Assembly (NCBI GenBank): GCA_964556165.1 | Contig: CAZKVH010000003.1 | Span: forward strand, 16,270-80,269 | DNA from: an uncultured Actinomycetota bacterium | Lineage (GTDB): Bacteria > Actinomycetota > Humimicrobiia > Humimicrobiales > Humimicrobiaceae | DNA: 64,000 nt | Direction of reading: 5' to 3' | Shown here: positions 8,189 to 16,407 of the stretch, one piece after another | Layout: each line of letters begins with the position of its first letter | Position numbering within the stretch: the stretch's first letter is position 1 | Notes under the pieces: generated by a model | What the model saw: only the letters and a program-made list of their open reading frames with translations | Told to the model about the DNA's origin: nothing | Databases searched by the model: none | Made by a program: the position numbers and the translations under genes

Positions 8189-9811
8189 ATGAGCATCAGT
8201 GAAGAAACAAAATTAACCGGGGTTTTAGAGGGAAGCAAAATGGCCATGATTGACGCGGAAGCTGTCAGTGGAGGGATAGACCCAAAATTTCTTATGAACA
8301 ATGCCGGGAGCAGTGTTTCCAGGGAGATTATAAGTGATTTTGAGCGCGAAGACCTGGTGAGAGCTGCACGCGGGGTAGTTATTTGTGGGAGCGGAAATAA
8401 TGGCGGAGATGGGTTCGTAGCAGCCTGGAATTTACTGGATTATGGCATGAAGGTGACTGTATTTCATATATTTCCTTTGGAAAAGTTTAGCAACAATAGC
8501 CTTTTCTATTTTAACAAGCTTGAAGAAGGCAGGAAGGACAGTATAAAAAATTTAGACATAGAAGATAGCGAAACTATGGCTTTTTTCAAAGAAGAACTGG
8601 GAAAAGCTGATTTTGTAGTGGATGCCATATTTGGTACAGGTCTGCATGGTGAGGAGATCCACGGTCCTTCGAAAGAAATAATAGAGATTATAAACTCTTT
8701 TAAGGAAAGCAATAAGAATCTGAAAATTTATTCTGTTGATATCCCATCAGGTGTTGATTCCGATAACGGTAAAATTTTAGGGGTATCAGTTAAAGCGGAT
8801 AAGACCATAACATTTGCCTGTAAAAAAATAGGATTGGTGAATTATCCTGGAGCAGGTTTTGCTGGAGAGGTTAAAGTCATTGATATAGGTATACCTGAAA
8901 AATATTTAAACGGGCATGTGAATATTTTTGAGCCTGATATAAGGTGGGTAGCCGATAAAATACCCGTTAAGGAGCCATGGACCTATAAGTATAAAGTAGG
9001 GAGTTTGCTTGTGATAGCAGGCTCTTCGGGATTTACAGGAGCAGCTTCTATGACATGCATGGGAGCTTTAAGATCAGGAGCGGGTGTGGTTACTCTTGTT
9101 TCACCATGGGGCTTAAATAATATATTCGAAGAAAAGCTTACTGAAATTATCACATATCCTGTTGCTCAAACGGAAGATGTGTCTTTAAATATAAACAGCC
9201 TGAGCGAAATAATGGATTTAAGTGAGAGGTTTAGTGCTTTAGCCATAGGTCCGGGACTTTCAAGGAATTCAAGTACAATGTGTCTGGTCAGGGAATTGCT
9301 AAAAAATATAAAAAAGCCAGTAGTTCTTGATGCCGATGGGCTCTATGCTCTTTATGGAGCAAATGATACGGGTGTTATGAATGATCTTGATCTTACAAAT
9401 GTTATAATAACCCCTCATACAGGTGAGATGTCATTAATTATGGGTGTTGGAAAGATTCCACTGGAAGATAGAATTAAAGTAAATCTGGAAGTTGCAGAAA
9501 AATATAAATTAACATCTGTTCTAAAAGGAGCAAGGACAATAATATCCGATTATAATAAGAGAACATTCATAAATCCAACAGGTAACTGGGGTCTGGCTTC
9601 TGCGGGAACCGGGGACATATTGACAGGAATAATAGGCTCGCTGCTCTGTCAGGGGATGAGTCTGATAGAAAGTGCTGTATGCGGAGTATACATACATGGA
9701 ATGGCTGCAGATATAATGGTAAAAGAGACAAGCAGAACTGCACTTATAGCGACTGATCTTCTGGAGGGTCTAAAAAAGGTTTTTATGGAGATAGAGAAAT
9801 TAAAGTATTGA
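8189..9811 (+). CDS. nnr: Bifunctional NAD(P)H-hydrate epimerase/dehydratase (YjeF N+C)
   Basis: CGSGNNGGDG, VDAIFGTG, SVDIPSG, AIGPGL, VLDADG, ITPHTGE and AGTGDIL motifs. Confidence 0.93.
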   Translation: MSISEETKLTGVLEGSKMAMIDAEAVSGGIDPKFLMNNAGSSVSREIISDFEREDLVRAARGVVICGSGNNGGDGFVAAWNLLDYGMKVTVFHIFPLEKFSNNSLFYFNKLEEGRKDSIKNLDIEDSETMAFFKEELGKADFVVDAIFGTGLHGEEIHGPSKEIIEIINSFKESNKNLKIYSVDIPSGVDSDNGKILGVSVKADKTITFACKKIGLVNYPGAGFAGEVKVIDIGIPEKYLNGHVNIFEPDIRWVADKIPVKEPWTYKYKVGSLLVIAGSSGFTGAASMTCMGALRSGAGVVTLVSPWGLNNIFEEKLTEIITYPVAQTEDVSLNINSLSEIMDLSERFSALAIGPGLSRNSSTMCLVRELLKNIKKPVVLDADGLYALYGANDTGVMNDLDLTNVIITPHTGEMSLIMGVGKIPLEDRIKVNLEVAEKYKLTSVLKGARTIISDYNKRTFINPTGNWGLASAGTGDILTGIIGSLLCQGMSLIESAVCGVYIHGMAADIMVKETSRTALIATDLLEGLKKVFMEIEKLKY

Positions 9812-9872
9812 AAAATATTAATTCCAGGTTAATTTCAGGATTATTATAATAATTAAGTAACTGGAGATAAAA

Positions 9873-10328
9873 ATGTCTGAACCTCTGGCTAAAAATATTA
9901 TGGTGAAGAAAGTTATAACCATAAATAAAAATGAATCGGTAAAAAAACTTTCTGATATTTTAATAAAAAATAAGATCAGCGGTGTCCCGGTGTTAGATGA
10001 TAATGGGAAACTTGTAGGAGTTGCCACTGAAGGAGATTTAATCGTGAAAGATGCTGACCTCCATTTTCCGGGATATTTTAAACTGCTTGATAGCATTATA
10101 TACCTTGAGAGTCTGGAAAAATTTAAAATCAATCTTAAAAAATACCTTGGGACAAAAGTAGAAGATATTATGTCCACTGAAGTAAAGACTGTTAAAGAGG
10201 ATACCCCTGTAAGCGAAGTTGCAAATATAATGGTAAAATATGGTATTAATAGAGTTCCTGTTCTGAATAACAAAGGTAATATGGTAGGTATAATCACACG
10301 AGCGGATATTGTCAAATCTATGTCCTGA
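9873..10328 (+). CDS. CBS domain pair protein
   Basis: Two CBS repeats (ISGVPVLD..GVATEGD; INRVPVL..GIITRADI). Confidence 0.9.
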   Translation: MSEPLAKNIMVKKVITINKNESVKKLSDILIKNKISGVPVLDDNGKLVGVATEGDLIVKDADLHFPGYFKLLDSIIYLESLEKFKINLKKYLGTKVEDIMSTEVKTVKEDTPVSEVANIMVKYGINRVPVLNNKGNMVGIITRADIVKSMS

Positions 10329-10353
10329 AAGAGTATATATTAGATTAATTTAT

Positions 10354-11526
10354 ATGCGAGAAGACCTGATAATTAATAAAAGATTTGCCTGGGCTGAAAT
10401 TAACCTTTCCAATCTTTCCTATAATATTAAAACAATCAAGTCATACCTGGCTTCAAAAGATGTTAAGATAATGGCAGTTGTTAAAGCTGATGCTTATGGG
10501 CATGGAGCAGTTGAGATTTCGAAACAGGCTTTAAAAAGCGGAGCATATGCTCTGGGGGTGGCGCTTGCTGAAGAAGGAGTTGAATTAAGGAAAGCTGGAA
10601 TTACCGCACCTATTTATATTCTGGGTGAGAGTTCTCCCGAATCGATTAAAGGAGCTATAAGGCATGGCCTTATTTTAGGTGTAAATTCTTACGAATCAGC
10701 AAAATTTATTTCAGAAGAGTGTGTAAGATCAGGTAAAAAATCAAGTGTTAGTATAAATATAGATACCGGAATGAATAGAATAGGAATTAATTTCAGCCAT
10801 GCCCCTGAAGAGGTCCTAAGAATTTCGGTGCTTCCTTGTTTGAAATTTGAGGGTATCAGCACCCATTACGCCTGCGCATCCAGCAGAGGTGACTCTTACA
10901 CGCAATTGCAGTATAGAAGATTTAATAAAGTTGTTGATAAGATAAAAAGTGGTAATATTCCTTTTAAATTTTACCACTGTTCAAATAGCGCGTCTTTTTT
11001 TAGATATAAGAATATGCATCTTGATATGGTGAGAACCGGGATTTCTATATATGGTTTAAATCCGTATGACTCTGATTATGCTGAATGGCTCGAGCCGGGG
11101 GCTTCTAAAGTTATATCAGGTTTAAAACCTGTACTGAGTTTCAGGGCAAAAATATCTTTCATAAAAAATGTACCTGAGGGCTGTTCAATTTCTTACTGCG
11201 GGACTTTTAAAACTAAAAGAAATAGTGTGATTGCTACAGTTCCTGTTGGTTATGCAGATGGCTATTCGAGGTTGCTGTCAAATAAGGGTTCGGTTTTGAT
11301 AGATGGAAAATTCGCGCCGGTTGTGGGTAATATTACGATGGATCAGTTTATGGTAGATGTTACAGATATGGCAGGGGATATAGGTGTCGGAGATGAAGTA
11401 ACTATTATTGGAGATTCCGGTGGAAGGAAAATAAAAGCAGATGATATTGCAAAACTTATGGGTACTATTAATTATGAAGTAGTATGTATGCTTAAAAATA
11501 GAATTCCAAGGATATATATAAAATAA
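10354..11526 (+). CDS. alr: Alanine racemase
   Basis: AVVKADAYGHG (PLP Lys), DTGMNRIG, MVRTGISIYG, VPVGYADGY, ITMDQ and GTINYE motifs. Start placed at ATG 10354. Confidence 0.96.
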   Translation: MREDLIINKRFAWAEINLSNLSYNIKTIKSYLASKDVKIMAVVKADAYGHGAVEISKQALKSGAYALGVALAEEGVELRKAGITAPIYILGESSPESIKGAIRHGLILGVNSYESAKFISEECVRSGKKSSVSINIDTGMNRIGINFSHAPEEVLRISVLPCLKFEGISTHYACASSRGDSYTQLQYRRFNKVVDKIKSGNIPFKFYHCSNSASFFRYKNMHLDMVRTGISIYGLNPYDSDYAEWLEPGASKVISGLKPVLSFRAKISFIKNVPEGCSISYCGTFKTKRNSVIATVPVGYADGYSRLLSNKGSVLIDGKFAPVVGNITMDQFMVDVTDMAGDIGVGDEVTIIGDSGGRKIKADDIAKLMGTINYEVVCMLKNRIPRIYIK

Positions 11527-11591
11527 AATTTAGAAAAGTATTTCCTTGATTGGCAGTTTCGTATATAAAGATAGATTTAAGAGGAGACTAT

Positions 11592-12182
11592 ATGAAGAAA
11601 GAGAAAAATATCTTAAAGTCATGGCTATTATTGACGGTGTTCGTTTTATGTTTGATGATGACAGTAATAGCCAGTATCAGCTGTACATGTCCGGTTTTTT
11701 CGTTTATTGAGAGCATAACCGGGGTTAAGGTTAAAGCTGGTGAGGATGTTAATGAAACTCTTGTGGACGGCGAGCTGATATATCCTGATTCAACGCTTCT
11801 AATGCAGATAGAAGGAGATATTGATACAATTATGGAAGTTATTGGCAGATATGGGGTTATTATATCTGAAAGGGATGCCGGTTTTTTGAATAAACTTCCG
11901 GAAGAAATAAGAGAGCAAAAGATAAATGCAACAATTTATTCGACTGCTGATAAAAAAATAAAAGTACTTGATTATTATTATTCGTTTGATAAAGGTGGAT
12001 TTGATATAGTTGAATTTGGAAAAGATAAGAAGGCTGTAAATAAGAATCAGCCTAACGTAATGATTGCTTCTGATGGAGAAGAGCGGGAGTCTTTTGTATT
12101 GATAGGAACTGAAAGTAACACCTTTATTATCTTTTTGGATTTTAACTGGGAAATACTTTCGGAAATGGGTAATAATAGTTAA
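11592..12182 (+). CDS. Putative lipoprotein, unknown function
   Basis: GAGGAG RBS before ATG 11592, basic N-terminus, hydrophobic segment and an ASISC lipobox-like motif. Confidence 0.6.
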   Translation: MKKEKNILKSWLLLTVFVLCLMMTVIASISCTCPVFSFIESITGVKVKAGEDVNETLVDGELIYPDSTLLMQIEGDIDTIMEVIGRYGVIISERDAGFLNKLPEEIREQKINATIYSTADKKIKVLDYYYSFDKGGFDIVEFGKDKKAVNKNQPNVMIASDGEERESFVLIGTESNTFIIFLDFNWEILSEMGNNS

Positions 12183-12203
12183 AGATTTTTTTTTATGTTC
12201 TGC

Positions 12204-12233
12204 TTGAAGCGACGGGCATATTATTGATAGTAT
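12204..12233 (+). promoter_or_regulatory. Putative sigma70 promoter for the 12284 gene
   Basis: TTGAAG (12204) - 18 nt - TAGTAT (12228), preceded by a TGn extended -10 element. Confidence 0.4.
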
Positions 12234-12283
12234 ATATAAAAATATGAGGGTAATATTGGAAAGTTTTTTTACGGAGGGGTATT

Positions 12284-12727
12284 ATGAGAAAATCAGGCTT
12301 TATCCTGGTATTTATGTCCCTTATTATAATGCTTGTTTTTTCAGGTTGTGCTAAAGTTGATGAGGAAACGATTTCGGTAGCTGATGGTTTGACGGAAAAT
12401 CTTCTGATTTCATTAAATAATAAGGATTACGAGAATTACAAAAGAGACCTGAGCGTTCAGATGCTTGAGGCAATTCCCGAAGAAGAATTTATTAAATTTT
12501 CTTCTTTCCTGGATGAGACTGTGGGGGAATATGTCGCGGATTCGAAGGAGGTATCTAATTCAGGCATTCAGAATGGAATGAGTGTAATCGTTTACGAAAC
12601 TGATTATACTAATGAAAGCGGGAAAGTAACCGTCAGTATTGTTCTTTCCGAAACGGTTGATGAAGGTTACGAGATATCGGGTTCATGGTTTAATTCCCCG
12701 AAGATAAGAGAGAATTCTTATCAGTAG
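12284..12727 (+). CDS. Lipoprotein, DUF3887-like
   Basis: FSGC lipobox, LNNKDYENY..LS..ML pattern and C-terminal ISGSWF. GGAGGG RBS. Confidence 0.6.
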   Translation: MRKSGFILVFMSLIIMLVFSGCAKVDEETISVADGLTENLLISLNNKDYENYKRDLSVQMLEAIPEEEFIKFSSFLDETVGEYVADSKEVSNSGIQNGMSVIVYETDYTNESGKVTVSIVLSETVDEGYEISGSWFNSPKIRENSYQ

Positions 12728-12785
12728 GTTGAAGTTTTTTTAAATTTATAAATTAAATAAAATTTATTATAGGAGAGGAGCGGTA

Positions 12786-13160
12786 ATGAAGAAGATACTT
12801 TTATGGGGCAGTCTTTTATTATCATTATCACTGGTGGTTATGGGAGCAAGCTGTACCGAGGAAGAAGCTATAGGGGGTGCCGTTGGCGGTATGGCTTTTT
12901 CAGGCATTATGGCTGTGTGGATATGTGCCGCAGTTATTGGTGGGCTGATAGGTCTTTTTTTGCTTGTAGTGTGGATCATTGCTCTGGTTGATTGTGCAAG
13001 AAGGAAGCCTGAGGAGTTTCCTCCCGGAACCGGCGGAGAAAATGCAAAAACAATGTGGCTGGTAATTTTAATCGTTACATTTTTTGTTACCCAGTTGAAT
13101 GGCATAGCAGCAATTATTTATTACTTTATAGTTATGAAAAAGAAACCGCTGGAGAGATGA
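12786..13160 (+). CDS. Small membrane protein with a PLD nuclease N-terminal (PLDc_N)-like domain and possible lipobox
   Basis: GASC lipobox-like motif, then WIIALVDCARRK..F..K.MWLVILI...G.AAIIYYF, a PLDc_N-like pattern. Confidence 0.65.
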   Translation: MKKILLWGSLLLSLSLVVMGASCTEEEAIGGAVGGMAFSGIMAVWICAAVIGGLIGLFLLVVWIIALVDCARRKPEEFPPGTGGENAKTMWLVILIVTFFVTQLNGIAAIIYYFIVMKKKPLER

Positions 13161-13176
13161 TTTAAGAAAGTTGATT

Positions 13177-13374
13177 CTATTTAAGATTCTTTCTGGAGGT
13201 GAATTCGTTTATAAGATTTGATATTGATAGAGGGATGATTTCTTTTTGCTTTAGAAATCCCATTATATTTTTCGGGCCTATTTTTTTTATAATGTAACCC
13301 GCAAGTGCCCCGATAGCGGCTCCGCCCAGTACAAAATATGTGACAGTTCTATCAAATTTTTTTTCGGAATCCAT
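13177..13374 (-). CDS. Small single-TM hypothetical protein (YtxH-like N-terminus)
   Basis: FVLGGAAIGALAGYII hydrophobic helix; GGAGG RBS upstream. Confidence 0.55.
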   Translation of the reverse strand: MDSEKKFDRTVTYFVLGGAAIGALAGYIIKKIGPKNIMGFLKQKEIIPLSISNLINEFTSRKNLK

Positions 13375-13420
13375 CAGACATCAACCTCCATATATTTTAT
13401 ATATTCTAATATTTAAATTT

Positions 13421-13451
13421 ATTATAGTAATTTAAAAAAACGCCCGGTCAA
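13421..13451 (-). promoter_or_regulatory. Putative sigma70 promoter for the 13374 gene
   Basis: Minus strand reads TTGACC-gggcgtttttttaaattac-TATAAT (19-nt spacer; an alternative TACTAT gives 16 nt). Confidence 0.35.
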
Positions 13452-13547
13452 ATTCTTCTAAAGCTAATGTATTTATGATTATAATAATAAAATAGCAATA
13501 GTAAAAAGACAAATAAAAATTTTTTAAAAAACAGTTATAATAATTAA

Positions 13548-14249
13548 ATGGGTTTTAACCTAAATGAAAAATCATATGCAACTGAAAGGTATAGATATTT
13601 TGACCTGATAACGGGTCTTTTTGTTGCTGTTCTCCTTATTTCCAATATAGCTTCATCCAAGATTGTGCAAATCTGGAGATTTACTTTTGATGGTGGAACA
13701 ATTCTTTTCCCTCTTTCTTATATTTTCGGGGATATATTGACAGAAGTTTATGGTTACAGAAGAGGCAGGAGAGTTATATGGATTGGATTTTTTTGCGCTA
13801 TTTTGATGTCTCTTACACTCAGTCTTATAGGTTTGATTAAACCCGCCAGTGGATGGGAGTACCAGGAAGCTTATATGGCAATACTGGGGCAGACCCCGAG
13901 GATAGTTACAGGTTCCCTTATCGCATATTTTGCAGGTGAATTCTCAAACTCTTATATACTTGCAAAAATGAAGATTCTTACAAAAGGGCGCTGGCTCTTT
14001 ACAAGAACAATAGGCTCAACTATGGTTGGTGAAGGAATAGATACAATAATTTTTGTGATTATTGCATTCCTGGGGGTTTACAGCAATAGAATGATTTTAC
14101 TTATAATTATATCGAACTACATTTTTAAGGTTTCTCTTGAAGTTGTTTTTACCCCGATTACATATAAGGTTGTTGGATTTTTAAAGAGAGCTGAAAAGGT
14201 TGACTGGTTTGATTACAAAACCAACTTTAACCCATTTATTTTTTCCTGA
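13548..14249 (+). CDS. yhhQ: Queuosine precursor transporter (Vut_1/YhhQ family)
   Basis: LLISNIASSK, GGTILFPLSYIFGDILTEVYGY, RIVTGSLIAYFAGEF and RTIGST motifs. Confidence 0.9.
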   Translation: MGFNLNEKSYATERYRYFDLITGLFVAVLLISNIASSKIVQIWRFTFDGGTILFPLSYIFGDILTEVYGYRRGRRVIWIGFFCAILMSLTLSLIGLIKPASGWEYQEAYMAILGQTPRIVTGSLIAYFAGEFSNSYILAKMKILTKGRWLFTRTIGSTMVGEGIDTIIFVIIAFLGVYSNRMILLIIISNYIFKVSLEVVFTPITYKVVGFLKRAEKVDWFDYKTNFNPFIFS

Positions 14250-14262
14250 TTTAAAGCCAGAT

Positions 14263-15147
14263 TTACTCGACTTCCGGAGGCGGATATCGGTAGTGTCCAA
14301 CTATCTCATATCGCTGGAGAACATCAACTTCTTCAAGTTCATTGGTATCTGGTGATATCATTATCACAAGAGGGATGCCATCACTGCTGAAATTGGGTGA
14401 AACAAATCCTCCGCGGTCTTTATCATGGTTTTCCTCATCAAAACGAAAATAAACTATATCACCTGGCTTCCACAAAAAAGCAAGGTTTTCATCATTTAAA
14501 TCGTATGTGTGAGGTAGTGTGGTTAATGCATTGCGGCTGAAAAATTTTTCCTGGAAGATGACGTCTCTAAAATCTATATACTTTATAGGCGTCTCTCTAC
14601 CTTTTGTATCGAGTGAATAGTCTTCCTTGTGTTTTAGCATATCATCATATATTAATTCCATGAGGTCATAGCCGCACTTATTTAAGGTTATAGAAATCAG
14701 GTCAGTTGAAATCCATACATTGCCGTCTGGATAGCCCGTATCAGGAAAGAGCTCGTATCCATATTCTATATCCTGATTAAGCAATTCCAGTGTTTGAAGA
14801 ACGATATCCTTCTGGGCTTCACTATAACCCTGGCTTTCTGTCCCGGCAATTGAGTCTTCATTTAAGGAACTGTCAGATTCTGTTTCAGAATCTCCATCGG
14901 TGGTTTTTCCGCTGTTACCATTTAAGTCTTCTGTATATTTCTTTTTATAAGTTGTATCGGGGATTAACTCCGAAATGGGAAATTTTATAGTAGAGATAAA
15001 AAGATTATCAGGGGGTTTTAATATTTTTTCCTGATAAAAGAATTTCAATCCTATTATCTGCAATAAGACTATTATTATAGTAACATATATGAAATACCTG
15101 TAACTTATGACTCTTCCTATTTGTTTTTTCCTTACCTTATGATTCAT
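14263..15147 (-). CDS. Membrane-anchored DUF1287 (YijF-like) protein
   Basis: N-terminal TM helix and acidic linker, then GYP..STDL...GYDL.ELIYDDM, IDFR, WKPGDIV and GHYRY motifs. Confidence 0.7.
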   Translation of the reverse strand: MNHKVRKKQIGRVISYRYFIYVTIIIVLLQIIGLKFFYQEKILKPPDNLFISTIKFPISELIPDTTYKKKYTEDLNGNSGKTTDGDSETESDSSLNEDSIAGTESQGYSEAQKDIVLQTLELLNQDIEYGYELFPDTGYPDGNVWISTDLISITLNKCGYDLMELIYDDMLKHKEDYSLDTKGRETPIKYIDFRDVIFQEKFFSRNALTTLPHTYDLNDENLAFLWKPGDIVYFRFDEENHDKDRGGFVSPNFSSDGIPLVIMISPDTNELEEVDVLQRYEIVGHYRYPPPEVE

Positions 15148-15349
15148 ACTAGGATATATTATATTAAAAAATGAATAAATTTAAGAGGGGTCTTTTCTGT
15201 AAATGGAAAGTATGGGAGAATTATTGTAATATATTTAAAATTAAGAATTTATTTTTTTTACAAAATAATGTTTTCAGAGTAAAAAGGATTGAGTTTAATA
15301 TATAGAATTTTATAACATTGTTGGGCCTTAAATATTCTGGAGGGAACTG

Positions 15350-16273
15350 ATGGATAAAGTTTTTAAAGATATAACAAAAACGATAGGGAGCACACCTCTT
15401 GTGAGGATAAACAGACTCTGTAAAAAAACAAATGTTACAATTCTTGCAAAAGTAGAATCATTTAACCCCCTTTCAAGCATAAAAGATAGGATAGGTGTTT
15501 CAATGATTGAAGACGCAGAGAGGAAGGGCTTAATAGATAAGGATACAATAGTAATAGAACCAACCAGCGGAAATACAGGCATTGCCCTGGCTTTTGTGTG
15601 TGCTGCGAGGGGATATAAACTAATTATCACCATGCCTGAATCAATGAGTCTGGAGAGAAGAAAGATTCTTAAGATGTTTGGAGCAGAGCTTGTCCTTACA
15701 GATAGATCTAAAGGAATAAAGGGTGCGATAGAGGAAGCGGAAAAAATTCAAAAAAGTATTAAGAACAGCTTTATGCCCGGGCAGTTTAAAAATCCTGCAA
15801 ATCCTGAAATGCACAGGAGAACCACAGCTGAAGAGATATGGTCTGATACTGAAGGTTGTGTAGATATATTTATCTCAGGAGTTGGCACCGGAGGAACGAT
15901 TACAGGTGTGGGTGAGATATTAAAGGAAAGGAAGCCCTCCGTAAAAGTTATCGCGGTTGAACCATATGAATCGGATGTTCTATCTGGAGGTAAGGCGGGG
16001 CCTCATAAAATACAGGGAATTGGAGCCGGATTTATCCCTGAGGTATTAAATACCGGTATAATTGATGAAGTTGTTGGGGTCAGGAGTGAGGATGCATTTG
16101 AAATGACAGGAAGGATTATAAGAGAAGAGGGAATTTTTGCTGGAATATCGGGTGGTGCAGCAATGTGGGCTGCTTTAAAGATAGCAAAACGAAGAGAATC
16201 GGTAGATAAAACTATTGTTGTTATTTTACCCGACACGGGAGAAAGATATATTTCTACAGAGTTATTTGATTAA
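15350..16273 (+). CDS. cysK: Cysteine synthase A
   Basis: IGSTPLV, NPLSSIKDRIG (PLP Lys), EPTSGNTG, GVGTGGT, HKIQGIG and PDTGERY motifs. Confidence 0.96.
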   Translation: MDKVFKDITKTIGSTPLVRINRLCKKTNVTILAKVESFNPLSSIKDRIGVSMIEDAERKGLIDKDTIVIEPTSGNTGIALAFVCAARGYKLIITMPESMSLERRKILKMFGAELVLTDRSKGIKGAIEEAEKIQKSIKNSFMPGQFKNPANPEMHRRTTAEEIWSDTEGCVDIFISGVGTGGTITGVGEILKERKPSVKVIAVEPYESDVLSGGKAGPHKIQGIGAGFIPEVLNTGIIDEVVGVRSEDAFEMTGRIIREEGIFAGISGGAAMWAALKIAKRRESVDKTIVVILPDTGERYISTELFD

Positions 16274-16407
16274 TGTCATGTATCTTTTTTTATTATTTAA
16301 AAAATGCCAGGGCAATAAAAAACTCAGAATTTAAATGTTCAGTAAATAAGAGATGAAACTAATCTGCCAGGTTTCTAATTAATGATGGAATATAAAGGCA
16401 AGATTAT

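Noticed and set aside
13375-13547. preQ1 riboswitch upstream of yhhQ
   Set aside because: No short stem with a GUUC/GUCG loop followed by an A-rich tail. The GC patch at 13441-13451 is better explained as a -35 box on the opposite strand.
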